Virus record (IMG/VR): IMGVR_UViG_3300045988_147139
DNA from: a virus
Length of the DNA: 32,938 nt
Direction: 5' to 3' (one strand)
The translations under genes were made by a program, and so were the position numbers. Positions 1 through 8,062 of the stretch are shown piece after piece. Below the pieces are notes generated by a model. The model searched no databases. It saw nothing but the letters and a program-made list of their open reading frames with translations, and had not been told where the DNA came from. Every line of letters begins with the position of its first letter. The first letter of the stretch is position 1.

Positions 1-55
1 TAAATGCCCTCTCCTGCTCCAGCAGCCAGCTGTCGTCATAGCCCTTTTCCAGCTG
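1..55. repeat. Terminal overlap of a circular assembly (copy 1)
   Basis: taaatgccctctcctgctccagcagccagctgtcgtcatagcccttttccagctg is repeated exactly at 32884-32938 and lies inside a coding region. Confidence 0.9.
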
Positions 56-2122
56 CTCGGTCTCCAGCTCACGGAACTTGTCCTCGACAGAGGATTTAAG
101 GGCGTTTTCAGCGTCCTTTTTAGCCTGCTCCGCTTCTTTTGCAGCCTTTTCAGCCGCCTTTGTCTCGGTGTCCGCAAGCTTGTCATAATGCTCCGTTACC
201 TTGTCATAAAGCTTCCACCACTCAGCATCTTCCTCATTGCGGTACTGTTCGAGCAACGCCTTTCTGCCCGCCCAGTATTCTTCTTCCGTGACCTTGTGGA
301 CAGCATATTTGTCCTCCAGCTCCTTGAGCGCCGCATCAAGCATTTCCGACTGGTTTACTACGCCGTCAACACCCGCATCGGGCATACTGTCAGCTATAGC
401 CTCGGAAACGGTCGTGCCTGCTTCCTCCGCCGCCTCTGCCGTGTCATCAGCCGAGGCGCTCAGACTGTCCGCAAGCTCCTTGTATGCTCCTGTCAGCCCT
501 CCGTTCTTGGCTTCCAGCTCGTCCAGAGCTGCCTGCAAACGTGCGTCCGCCTCGTCCTGTGACCCAAGCACAACATAACCGTCATCTTTTGCCATATTGT
601 CAGCAGCCTTTTTCATAGCCTCATTAAGTCCTGCAATGGTGCTGTTGGCACCCTCAGTCCAGTCAAATGATTTAAGACCGCTTACTATGTTTTCACAAAT
701 AGACTTAGGCACATCGGTTATCAGCGCCTGCCCTGCGTCCATCAGGGCGACCACAAGCTTTTCGATGATAACAGGTGCCTGCTGCAAAAGCTGCGGGATT
801 GATGCCGCAAGTCCCTCCGCAATGGCTCCGATAAGCTGCACGCCTGCGTCAATAAGCTTGTCCGCATTGTCCAGCAGCGTTTCGGTTATCGTCAGAGCTG
901 CATTTACCACCGCAGGAATAAGGCTGTCCAGATTGTCCGTCAGCCCCTGAGCCAGAGCCAGCACAATATCCACAGCACCCTGTGTGATGATGTCGGCATT
1001 GTCAAGAATAGCCATGACGAGGGCGGAGCAAAGGTCAGCCGCAGAAGAAGCAAGGTTTGGAACTGCCGAAATAAGCCCCGACAGCAGCGTGTCGATTATC
1101 TCGTCCGCATTATCTGTTACAATAGGTATAGCCGTGTCAGCAATGGAAGAAAGCGTGTCAAGCAGAGCCGCAATAAGACTGTTTGCGCCGCTTATAACAT
1201 CGGGGAGCATATCTTCAAGTGTCTGCGGTATCAAAGGCAGAATGCCCTCCGCAAGTTCGGCAATGCCCGTCGCCATCTGCGGCAGTACCGCCATAATGCG
1301 GGGCATAAGATTGTTCGAGAAATTCAGAACACTGTCGATAAGAGCCGAGATAAGCTCATCGAAATCCTGCGTCGGGTCAGCCATACCCGTAAGCATATTC
1401 TGCCACGCCGCCGTCATACTTGCCATAGATCCCTGCAATGTGTCGGCACCCTCAGCCTGGGCATATCCTGCAAGCCCCTGCATTTCGATGTAGTCAACAA
1501 GTGCATTCTGACAGTCCGCAAGGTTGTCAATAGTGTATCTTGTTGCATCTCCCTGAGCTTCCTTGTATGCGTTTACCTTGTCGATAAGCTCCTGAAAGCC
1601 CTCTTTTGTGGGGGTGATGCCTATCTGCAAATTATCGAGCATTGTGTAGTTGTTTTTCATAATGCCGTTAAAAGCATTCTGAACATTCTCAGCTGTATTG
1701 CCCGTAGCCGCCACGATATCAGCCTCGGCAGTGACTATTCTGTCGGCAAGCTTTGCCGCACCTATCTCATCGCCGCCCATAGCGTTTTTTAAGCCTATGG
1801 CAAAGCCGTTTACCTGTTCAAGATAATCATTCTGGGACATCTGAATGTCCTTGTAAGCGGTCTTGGCTTTTTCCGCAATGAAGTCATAAGCCTCACCGAA
1901 CATCAATTTCGCACCGCCTGCAAGCTGCTCATAATCCCCGAAGCTTGCGATTGCCTCTTTAGCTAAAGCGCCCACAGCCGTCGCAGCCGCAGCGGAAGCA
2001 GCAAGGGCAGCCTCTGCGATAACGCTCATAGTTTGGGTGGCAAGCTTGCCGACATTGCCCATAACCTTCTTGAAATTGGCATCATCGCCCAGAATCTTAT
2101 AAACTATCTCGCCAACATTCAC
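1..2122 (-). CDS. Tape measure protein, first ~707 codons (continues across the junction to the stop at 32024)
   Basis: This - strand ORF is absent from the ORF track because it is open at the window edge. GTG 2122 overlaps the upstream stop (GTGA). The translation VNVGEIVYKILGDDANFKKVMGNVGKLATQ...GALAKEAIASFGDYEQLAGGAKLMFGEAYD is followed by long Ala/Leu/Asp-rich helical sequence. It sits after the chaperone pair. Confidence 0.85.
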   Translation of the reverse strand, partial: MNVGEIVYKILGDDANFKKVMGNVGKLATQTMSVIAEAALAASAAAATAVGALAKEAIASFGDYEQLAGGAKLMFGEAYDFIAEKAKTAYKDIQMSQNDYLEQVNGFAIGLKNAMGGDEIGAAKLADRIVTAEADIVAATGNTAENVQNAFNGIMKNNYTMLDNLQIGITPTKEGFQELIDKVNAYKEAQGDATRYTIDNLADCQNALVDYIEMQGLAGYAQAEGADTLQGSMASMTAAWQNMLTGMADPTQDFDELISALIDSVLNFSNNLMPRIMAVLPQMATGIAELAEGILPLIPQTLEDMLPDVISGANSLIAALLDTLSSIADTAIPIVTDNADEIIDTLLSGLISAVPNLASSAADLCSALVMAILDNADIITQGAVDIVLALAQGLTDNLDSLIPAVVNAALTITETLLDNADKLIDAGVQLIGAIAEGLAASIPQLLQQAPVIIEKLVVALMDAGQALITDVPKSICENIVSGLKSFDWTEGANSTIAGLNEAMKKAADNMAKDDGYVVLGSQDEADARLQAALDELEAKNGGLTGAYKELADSLSASADDTAEAAEEAGTTVSEAIADSMPDAGVDGVVNQSEMLDAALKELEDKYAVHKVTEEEYWAGRKALLEQYRNEEDAEWWKLYDKVTEHYDKLADTETKAAEKAAKEAEQAKKDAENALKSSVEDKFRELETEQLEKGYDDSWLLEQERAF

Positions 2123-2739
2123 TTACCCTCGCCTCTCATTCTCTCCATAGCCTCTCTGTGAATGCGCTCGACCTCGTCAAGCATAGCCCTGTCACGTTCA
2201 GCAGTGTTTTTGAACCTCTGGACCTGTTTCTTCTTCAGTGCAAAAATGCGTTTGAGCCGTATCACCCTTGACCTTTCAGCCGATGACTTTATTTCCGACA
2301 GTCTTTCGGTGCGTATGCCGATTATCTGTTTGAGCTTGCATTCATCGGGCAGCCCCCGAAACAGTGCACAGAAATCAAACCAGTGCAGCTTTGCCACGTT
2401 CAGGTCAATGCCGTATGCGTTCAGGAAATCAGCGTAAAAATACGCCTCATCTTCCGAAAAATCAAAGCACGGCTCACAGCTCTCCGAAACGGAAGACCGC
2501 TTTTCTTTTGCTTTCGGAGCAAGTCCCAAAATGTAAAAATCGGTCATAGCCTCAGCCGCCGCAGCTTCGGAAATGCCTTCGGGAAGTCCTGCGAAATAAA
2601 ACCGCCCCGCAAGCCCACAAGCCTTTTCACCGTCCTTTTCGGACAAAGCCTCGGAGTATTCGCACATAATGCGGAAATCGGGGTCAATGGGAACGGCAAT
2701 GCCGTCAATGTGCAGTATTTTCGGCTTCGGACTGAACAT
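2119..2739 (-). CDS. Tail assembly protein, Phage_Gp15-like (206 aa)
   Basis: It has its own ATG at 2739 behind GGAGGAG. MFSPKPKILHIDGIAVPIDPDFRIMCEY...RFYFAGLP...DFYILG matches my recollection of the Gp15 family that precedes tape measure genes. The 5' part of track ORF 2119..3000 is an out-of-frame overlap. Confidence 0.55.
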   Translation of the reverse strand: MFSPKPKILHIDGIAVPIDPDFRIMCEYSEALSEKDGEKACGLAGRFYFAGLPEGISEAAAAEAMTDFYILGLAPKAKEKRSSVSESCEPCFDFSEDEAYFYADFLNAYGIDLNVAKLHWFDFCALFRGLPDECKLKQIIGIRTERLSEIKSSAERSRVIRLKRIFALKKKQVQRFKNTAERDRAMLDEVERIHREAMERMRGEGK

Positions 2740-3061
2740 TTTTCTCCTCCGCAATTTTTTTCGTAAATGCGATGATCTCATCGTAAACGTATTGAAGCAC
2801 GGCATATCTCTCAACAGCATTCGGGAACCTGTCCGCAAAAATAGCCGCCGCCGAGCCGTCTCCGAGGAGTATATCAATACCCTTGTCAATAGCATTGCAT
2901 ACAACGTCGATATCCTTAGTGCCCTTAAGCGTGTCCTTAAGACCTGCAAACAGTCCCTTAGCCTTTTCAAGCCTGTCAATAAGAGGCTTCTGAAAGACAA
3001 CAGGGTATATCTTTTCGTTTATTTCGATGTTGCAGATACGGTCAGTGAATTTAAAGCCCAT
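2705..3061 (-). CDS. Tail assembly chaperone (gpG position), 118 aa
   Basis: ATG 3061 lies behind GGAGG. The gene sits between the major tail gene and the Gp15-like gene. It is small and acidic, and its 3' end overlaps the next gene. Confidence 0.5.
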   Translation of the reverse strand: MGFKFTDRICNIEINEKIYPVVFQKPLIDRLEKAKGLFAGLKDTLKGTKDIDVVCNAIDKGIDILLGDGSAAAIFADRFPNAVERYAVLQYVYDEIIAFTKKIAEEKNVQSEAENTAH

Positions 3062-3084
3062 AATATAACCTCCGTTTTTTTATG

Positions 3085-3118
3085 AAAAAGCGGCACACGG
3101 AAAATCCCCGCATACCGC
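3085..3118 (-). terminator. Intrinsic terminator/attenuator after the major tail gene
   Basis: The - strand RNA reads GCGGUAUGCGG-loop-CCGUGUGCCGC followed by UUUUU. Three G:U pairs exist only in the - strand orientation. Confidence 0.45.
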
Positions 3119-3129
3119 AGTTTCAGAAT

Positions 3130-3783
3130 TTACTCAGCAGCCTTAGAATAATACTTGTCAGCCGCAAACTCAGGAGCGCTCTCACCCTTTTCGAGCTTCA
3201 CGAAAGCACCGTTCTTTCTCTCATAGTAACTGTCATACTTGGAAGCCCAGTCAGCAGGAGACACCTTAAGAGCAGTGTAACCGCCAAAGCCCATATATTC
3301 AAGCTTTGTGGGCTCAGCGGCAGCCTTTTTGATGCTGCCGCCTACGGAGAGGTTTTCCTCGGGAGCACCCGAACCGTCATCATCGAGAATAAGAGAACCC
3401 GAGCCAATCTCGCCCTCACCCGTAAGAATATTGAACCACGCATATCTTACAATAGCAGCCTGACCCTTTGCGTATTTCATATCAAATGAAGTAACAAAGT
3501 CCTGGAAGGGGTCGCCCTTGTAACGGTCGCACTTGAATGTGATAGTTCTCTGATTGCCCGTCTTTGTGGAGCTTTCGCCGTGGTAGTAATAGCTGTTTGT
3601 CTTTTCCTTGGGATTAAGCGATGAAGAACGGTCTGTAAAGCCCATATATGCGACCGCAAATTCATCAACATCAGCGTTCTGCTCTGCCGAAACGTCAATA
3701 GCAAGAACCATCTGATCCGTAGTGATAAATCCCACAAATGCAGGGTTTGTCTTGACTTTCGCAAACATTTCCTTAAGTGTCAT
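3130..3783 (-). CDS. Major tail protein (217 aa)
   Basis: ATG 3783 (MTLKEMFAKVKTNPAFVGF...) follows AAAGGAA just after the upstream stop. Its position before the chaperones and tape measure fits, and it is followed by an attenuator hairpin. The track ORF start at 3855 overlaps the upstream gene. Confidence 0.6.
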   Translation of the reverse strand: MTLKEMFAKVKTNPAFVGFITTDQMVLAIDVSAEQNADVDEFAVAYMGFTDRSSSLNPKEKTNSYYYHGESSTKTGNQRTITFKCDRYKGDPFQDFVTSFDMKYAKGQAAIVRYAWFNILTGEGEIGSGSLILDDDGSGAPEENLSVGGSIKKAAAEPTKLEYMGFGGYTALKVSPADWASKYDSYYERKNGAFVKLEKGESAPEFAADKYYSKAAE

Positions 3784-3796
3784 AAAATCATTCCTT

Positions 3797-4174
3797 TCAT
3801 TTCTGTATAAAAAATGTAATTTCGATACCGGCGGTGTATATCCAGTACTGTTCATTGTGCATCGTTGGGGCAGGCAGTGAATTTACTTTTACCTTGACCT
3901 GTGAAATGCCCTCGATAACAGGCTTGGAAGCGGCAAGGGCCTCACATATGCCGCAGAGCTTTTCCACAAGCACAGCCTGCCTGTTGTTTGTGTCCATAGC
4001 TGAAACGGAAAATATCACCGACTGAATTTTGCTCCCGTCATAATATTTCTTTATGTCCTTGTTGCCCGCATAGATGATAGCGCTCTGACCCGCCGCCGAT
4101 ACAACGCCTATCTCGTCAATGCCGCCCAGCCTTTTCAGCTCCTCGGCGATTTTTGTGTAAACGTCTCCGTTCAT
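3797..4174 (-). CDS. Tail completion / head-tail joining protein (positional call)
   Basis: 125-aa ORF in the four-gene connector block between the capsid and major tail genes, with overlapping start/stop codons. Confidence 0.4.
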   Translation of the reverse strand: MNGDVYTKIAEELKRLGGIDEIGVVSAAGQSAIIYAGNKDIKKYYDGSKIQSVIFSVSAMDTNNRQAVLVEKLCGICEALAASKPVIEGISQVKVKVNSLPAPTMHNEQYWIYTAGIEITFFIQK

Positions 4175-4611
4175 CGGTGTATCTCCTTTTCATGCGCACG
4201 TTTGAAAACAGCCTGCCACTGATCGCCGAAATCCGTTTCAGCCCTTTGGCACCATTCGGGAACTGCATTGGTATTTTTATCTGTGTATGTAGTAGGGCAC
4301 TTGTATGCTGCTTCCGCATAGGGCATAACCCAGCGCAAAACTCCCTTTTCAAGGTCACTTCCCTGAGAAGCCATAGCCTGAATAAGCTGCTTTGCAGGGA
4401 TATCACTTGTTTTTATTCCGTGCTGCCCTATCATCTCAGCCGCTACACTTGAATGTATAACGGAGCTGAGAATAAGCGCACCGTAATCCTGCTTGCAGAA
4501 ATAATTGCAGTCTTTAAGTGCCTGCTCTGACGTAGCAAAAATCGCCTTGTCCATAGCGCCTTTCATATCGCCGCCCGATATGCCGCCCCTTATCTCAATA
4601 TCCACCCTCAC
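4171..4611 (-). CDS. Head-tail connector block protein (minor capsid 2 / gp10-like position)
   Basis: 146-aa ORF, translationally coupled to both neighbours. Confidence 0.4.
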   Translation of the reverse strand: MRVDIEIRGGISGGDMKGAMDKAIFATSEQALKDCNYFCKQDYGALILSSVIHSSVAAEMIGQHGIKTSDIPAKQLIQAMASQGSDLEKGVLRWVMPYAEAAYKCPTTYTDKNTNAVPEWCQRAETDFGDQWQAVFKRAHEKEIHR

Positions 4612-4961
4612 GTCATCACCACCTCCAGATGATGAATATCCCCCGCAGGGGTAAAAAAGGTGTTCACCTCGCTGACTGTGAATGTCTCAGTCCCGAAAAT
4701 GACCTCGTCCCCCGTCTCAAAGGAAACATCATTGGGCACGGAAGAAAAAGCATCAAAATACATCTTTGCCCTTACCTCGGGAATATCGCCCCCGAGAGAA
4801 AAACGCTGAGAACGGCAAGGCTCAATGTAAACAAAATTGATGTCCGTCTCAAGGGTCTCACCCTTGCCGCCCCACCCGTCCGAGCTTAACTTCTCAATAA
4901 GCCTGACCTTGTGGGGAAGATAGCAGCGGGGAATAGGGGATATCAGCAACATACGCCGCAC
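4608..4961 (-). CDS. Head closure / connector block protein
   Basis: 117-aa ORF. The start is uncertain (4961 or 4952). It is coupled to both neighbours. Confidence 0.4.
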   Translation of the reverse strand: MRRMLLISPIPRCYLPHKVRLIEKLSSDGWGGKGETLETDINFVYIEPCRSQRFSLGGDIPEVRAKMYFDAFSSVPNDVSFETGDEVIFGTETFTVSEVNTFFTPAGDIHHLEVVMT

Positions 4962-5320
4962 CCCCTGTATAAAAGTCCCGCCCGTTCAAGGTAACTCTCA
5001 GCCCGAGAGCATATGCCCCTCGCCGCCGCAGAACCGCCGCCCGAAGAAGAGCCACCCGAGGACATCGAGAACGAGCCGAGAGTGAAGCTCTGCGCCGTAC
5101 CCGATACCGACATAGCCCACGCCTGAACGCCGCCGCAGAGCCCCATATACTCAGCTTCTGCGCATACCGCAAGATCAAACTGCCTAATCTCCTCTTCCGT
5201 CTCGGGAGCACGGAGAATAAAGCAGTTTATCTCGCTTTCGGCTCTCGTCAGCAGGCGGTCAAGGTCAGGATAGTCCATACCGCCGAAAACGTCATAATAA
5301 AAATCCGTACTGACCGCCAT
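4943..5320 (-). CDS. Head-tail connector (gp6-like position), 125 aa
   Basis: It is the first gene after the capsid gene. It has an acidic N-terminal half and a Gly/Ser-rich tail (SSGGSSSGGGS). Confidence 0.45.
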   Translation of the reverse strand: MAVSTDFYYDVFGGMDYPDLDRLLTRAESEINCFILRAPETEEEIRQFDLAVCAEAEYMGLCGGVQAWAMSVSGTAQSFTLGSFSMSSGGSSSGGGSAAARGICSRAESYLERAGLLYRGCGVCC

Positions 5321-5331
5321 AAAATCACTCC

Positions 5332-6435
5332 TTACGCCTTAAGCATCGCAGCAGTCACGGTGATATAGCCGACAGTGACCGCCTTGCTGTCCGAGTTAAA
5401 GCAAACTACCTCGATAACATTGCCCTCGGCAGCTGCGATCTCGGTAGTGCCGCTGGTAAGCGCTGTGCCTGCGTATGCGGTGGAAGTCTCGCCGTAAACA
5501 GCCCTTGCGGAAGGATTTACCTTGTACGCATAAGTGCCGCTTGCATCGCCGCCTGCCGCAACGGTGATAACAGTCTTGCCCTTGGTGCTGCCTGCCGCCG
5601 CTGTTAGCTTAAGGGAGCCGGGAGCATATACCGCACGGATAGCCACGCTTCTGAGCACCTTGTGAGCATACGCGATTCTTCCCTGAACTGCACTTGCACC
5701 GATGTACTTGCCCGAGCCGTTCATGTCCTGGAGATGTACGGGAACGGAGAACTCTTCCGCTCTGGTCGCAAATCTGGGGTGGCCTGCGATCATTGCCAGA
5801 CCCGCAGTCCTGTCATTCCACTCGATAACGTTAAAGCCCGCAATGCGTCCCACGATACCGCTCTGAACTACGTTGTCGCCCAGAGAAGAAGCCTTGACGA
5901 ACTCAGGGGACTTAAGGATAAATGAGTAGGTCGCAGGGGTAACCAGCAGATAGCGTCTGCCGTCATCGGGAATATTGGCCTCGCTCATCTGCTGCCTGAT
6001 ATCCACGATATCGCTGTAAATGCCGTCAACGGTAAGCGCACCGATGTTGGTAACGGTAGCGCCTGCGAGAAGTACGGTAGCGCCGTCAGTATCCTCAGCA
6101 ACGGCAAGGGCATAGCCTGCGCTGTCAAGTCTGTCCGCAACAAGGTTGTCGGGGACAAGCTGCGCATCGTAGCCGTCGATAAGCTCATTTACTGCCTTTT
6201 CTTTGTCGATGGGGAAGTTGATGTAAGATGTGCTGCCGTGCTTAACGGGAATGCCGTTTGCACGGTCGTAGTCCGATACCTCCACCTCCGCATCTCTTAC
6301 GGGAATTTTGACAACGCCCGCCTTGGGGCTGCCCTCGTAGTCGGTGTTAAATACAACGCCGTTTTTCAGCTTGTTTTCCTGGCGGATCTTTGCCAGAACC
6401 AGAGCCGAATATCTTTCCTGTGCTTCATGTGCCAT
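5332..6435 (-). CDS. Major capsid protein (HK97-fold type) with C-terminal Ig-like extension
   Basis: 367 aa, immediately after the scaffold gene. The sequence MAHEAQERYSALVLAKIRQENKLKNGVVFNTDYEG...GRIAGFNVIEWN is typical of coat proteins. The C-terminal ~90 aa are Thr/Ala/Gly-rich and beta-like (SLKLTAAAGSTKGKTVITV...). Confidence 0.85.
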   Translation of the reverse strand: MAHEAQERYSALVLAKIRQENKLKNGVVFNTDYEGSPKAGVVKIPVRDAEVEVSDYDRANGIPVKHGSTSYINFPIDKEKAVNELIDGYDAQLVPDNLVADRLDSAGYALAVAEDTDGATVLLAGATVTNIGALTVDGIYSDIVDIRQQMSEANIPDDGRRYLLVTPATYSFILKSPEFVKASSLGDNVVQSGIVGRIAGFNVIEWNDRTAGLAMIAGHPRFATRAEEFSVPVHLQDMNGSGKYIGASAVQGRIAYAHKVLRSVAIRAVYAPGSLKLTAAAGSTKGKTVITVAAGGDASGTYAYKVNPSARAVYGETSTAYAGTALTSGTTEIAAAEGNVIEVVCFNSDSKAVTVGYITVTAAMLKA

Positions 6436-6455
6436 AAATTACATTCCTCCTGTTT

Positions 6456-7067
6456 TTAGATTTTTATGTTGGGATTTTTCGCAAGGAACGCCGCCTCTAC
6501 GCCCGAAGGCTGCTTGCCGCCGTTCCCGAAGCTTACCCCTGTGGTGACACCCTGAGGGGCGCTTTTCGCAGAGCAGAAAGAAGGGTATTTTGAGATGACC
6601 GCATCAATAGCCTTTTCGATGGGCATATCGTCCGATACCTTTGCCATGGCAAGGGCGATAACGTCATCTACAGCCTCGGCAGTTACGCCCTTGGAATAAG
6701 CGCAGCACTTAGCCTCAGCCGCCGCAAGCTTCTTCTCGGCGTCCGCCCTGCCATTTTCGGCAGCAGATATCTTTTCCTGTGAAAGCTGTTCGGCAGTTTT
6801 CCGGCTGTCCTGCCACTTTCGGAATGCTTCCATCTCTTCCTTTGAGGGCTGTCCCTTTGCCTGCCTTTCAAGTCTCTGCTTGACTATTGCGTCAAGCTCT
6901 GCCTGGGTAAATGTTTTTGCCGTCTGCTCAGGCTCAGACGTAGATACAGCCTTTTCAGGGAGATTTGCTCCGCCCTTTACAGCCTGTGTGGGATCACCTC
7001 CGTAGGCTCCCGTGGAGCCATTTTCAGCCTTGTTGGTTTCGGTTACGGTTGTGTTTGTTTCTGCCAT
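6456..7067 (-). CDS. Scaffolding protein
   Basis: 203 aa with a disordered N-terminus followed by charged coiled-coil sequence (FTQAELDAIVKQRLERQAK...AEKKLAAAEAK). It lies directly upstream of the capsid gene. Confidence 0.8.
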   Translation of the reverse strand: MAETNTTVTETNKAENGSTGAYGGDPTQAVKGGANLPEKAVSTSEPEQTAKTFTQAELDAIVKQRLERQAKGQPSKEEMEAFRKWQDSRKTAEQLSQEKISAAENGRADAEKKLAAAEAKCCAYSKGVTAEAVDDVIALAMAKVSDDMPIEKAIDAVISKYPSFCSAKSAPQGVTTGVSFGNGGKQPSGVEAAFLAKNPNIKI

Positions 7068-7143
7068 TATGATTACCTCCGTTTATAGCCTGTCGGCTTG
7101 TTTTTTCCGTCCTCAGTTTAACGCCGTAAGTACGTTTAGGGCA

Positions 7144-7168
7144 TAAAAAAAGCAGCCGTAAAGCTGCT
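7144..7168 (-). terminator. Intrinsic terminator T3 upstream of the scaffold gene
   Basis: The - strand RNA reads AGCAGC-uuuacg-GCUGCU followed by UUUUUUUAUGCCC. Confidence 0.45.
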
Positions 7169-7180
7169 GATTTACTGTTT

Positions 7181-7202
7181 AACCCCTCGATTTCGAGGGG
7201 TT
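7181..7202. other. Perfect 9-bp hairpin (AACCCCTCG-attt-CGAGGGGTT) of unknown role
   Basis: Seen directly in the sequence. There is no U-tract after it on the - strand and only AUGUUUU on the + strand. Confidence 0.4.
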
Positions 7203-7235
7203 ATGTTTTGGTGGAGCCAACAAAACGTGATTGGC

Positions 7236-7283
7236 ATAAAAATAGCGCATATGTTACCGACAAAATGTCGTGAACATACACGC
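7236..7283 (-). terminator. Intrinsic terminator T2 (long hairpin)
   Basis: The - strand RNA reads GCGUGUAUGUU...CGAC-auuuu-GUCG...AACAUAUGCGC followed by UAUUUUUAUGCC. Two G:U pairs would be C:A mismatches on the + strand. Confidence 0.5.
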
Positions 7284-7293
7284 TTGTGTGGGC

Positions 7294-7322
7294 ATAAGAA
7301 AACCCGCCTTGTTCAAGGGCGG
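7294..7322 (-). terminator. Intrinsic terminator T1
   Basis: The - strand RNA reads CCGCCCUUG-aa-CAAGGCGG (one bulge) followed by GUUUUCUUAUGCCC. Confidence 0.45.
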
Positions 7323-7328
7323 TGATTG

Positions 7329-7357
7329 TTGACTATTTTCCCACTTTGCTATATAAT
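7329..7357 (+). promoter_or_regulatory. Near-consensus sigma-70/SigA promoter for the KTSC gene
   Basis: TTGACT (7329-7334), 17-nt spacer, TATAAT (7352-7357). AAAGGAGG and ATG 7388 follow. Confidence 0.75.
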
Positions 7358-7387
7358 TAAGTTATTACATAGGAAAGGAGGTTTTTT

Positions 7388-7591
7388 ATGCGTAGAAAAG
7401 CTGTTGATTCTTCTCGTATAAATAGCGTTGGTTGGGAAAACAATGTGCTTGAAGTTGAGTTTAAAAATGGTGCGGTATATCAGTACTATGATGTAAGTGA
7501 AGCTGAATATCGTGCATTCATTTCCTCATCTTCGTTAGGTCATGAAATTTCGGTAATTGACAAAACACATAGCTATTCACGAGTTTGTTAA
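7388..7591 (+). CDS. KTSC-domain protein (67 aa), opposite-strand moron
   Basis: SSRINSVGWENNVLEVEFKNGAVYQYYDVSEAEYRAFISSSSLG fits the KTSC domain pattern. It has a strong RBS, its own promoter and its own terminator. Confidence 0.7.
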   Translation: MRRKAVDSSRINSVGWENNVLEVEFKNGAVYQYYDVSEAEYRAFISSSSLGHEISVIDKTHSYSRVC

Positions 7592-7762
7592 TCATTTGGT
7601 CGGCACCCCTATTACAGTTTCGTTCAGCTTGATATAATCACCGTCAACTGTAACACTGCAATAGGGGTGCTTTTTCTTTAAGAACTCAGAAACAGGCTTG
7701 CAGACTTCTTTGAGCTCCTGTATTTCCTGCTTTCTTGCTTCGATTGCTTTTAATTCTTCCAC
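7592..7762 (-). CDS. Hypothetical protein (56 aa)
   Basis: GTG 7762 lies 7 nt after GGAGGAG. The N-terminal half is charged and helical. The coding sequence contains the KTSC terminator hairpin, so its reality is uncertain. Confidence 0.4.
   Translation of the reverse strand: MEELKAIEARKQEIQELKEVCKPVSEFLKKKHPYCSVTVDGDYIKLNETVIGVPTK
7603..7679 (+). terminator. Intrinsic terminator of the KTSC transcript
   Basis: An 11-bp perfect stem GCACCCCTATT (7603-7613) / AATAGGGGTGC (7660-7670) has a structured loop and is followed by TTTTTCTTT. Confidence 0.5.
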
Positions 7763-7776
7763 ATTCTCACTCCTCC

Positions 7777-7809
7777 AATAAAAAATCACCCTACTTGTGT
7801 AAGGTGATT
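7777..7809 (-). terminator. Intrinsic terminator overlapping the stop codon of the 80-aa ORF
   Basis: The - strand RNA reads AAUCACC-12 nt loop-GGUGAUU followed by UUUUAUU. Confidence 0.5.
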
Positions 7810-8050
7810 AAAACCATATTGCTGTTGCTTCCTTGGGAATAGGTTGGCCTAAATCCAAAAGCTCTGAAAGCTTTGAACGCACGTGAGCCACATACATTTT
7901 CTTGCCGTGCTCATATTTGGAAAACTCAACGTTTGTGACCTCTCGTGTTTGGGCATCAACAGTTACTTTTCCGGCATCACTGCTGTTTTCAGGAATATAG
8001 TCGCAGGAAATGCTGTTCCCGTCAAAAACAATATTCAAAAGGCTTACCAT
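7808..8050 (-). CDS. Hypothetical 80-aa protein (candidate immunity/partner of the minor head protein C-terminus)
   Basis: ATG 8050 lies 5 nt after AAGGTG, 13 nt after the stop of the upstream gene. The ORF is bracketed by an internal promoter (8481) and a terminator (7809). Confidence 0.55.
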   Translation of the reverse strand: MVSLLNIVFDGNSISCDYIPENSSDAGKVTVDAQTREVTNVEFSKYEHGKKMYVAHVRSKLSELLDLGQPIPKEATAIWF

Positions 8051-8062
8051 ATAAGCACCTTC

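Noticed and set aside
1-55. Terminal direct repeat considered as a cos site or DTR
   Set aside because: It lies inside an ORF that becomes continuous on circularisation, which is typical of an assembler overlap.
188-1493. Four + strand ORFs (113-169 aa) rich in Ser/Ala/Leu
   Set aside because: They are antisense shadows of the tape measure gene. They have no RBS and low-complexity composition, whereas the - strand frame is continuous and protein-like.
2740-3000. N-terminal 87 codons of track ORF 2119..3000
   Set aside because: This is an out-of-frame overlap with the chaperone gene. The real start is ATG 2739 behind GGAGGAG.
7181-7202. Perfect 9-bp hairpin considered as a fourth - strand terminator
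   Set aside because: It is followed by AAACAG on the - strand, so there is no U-tract. It is kept only as an unexplained structure.
7068-7387. tRNA, tmRNA or riboswitch in the 320-bp intergenic region
   Set aside because: Only simple hairpins followed by U-tracts are present. I could not fold a cloverleaf or find conserved riboswitch motifs.
7633-7638. Isolated TATAAT hexamers (also at 16031, 19194, 19221 and 22646 on +, and 15043 and 21998 on -)
   Set aside because: No acceptable -35 element lies at 16-18 nt, and they sit inside coding regions or a terminator loop.
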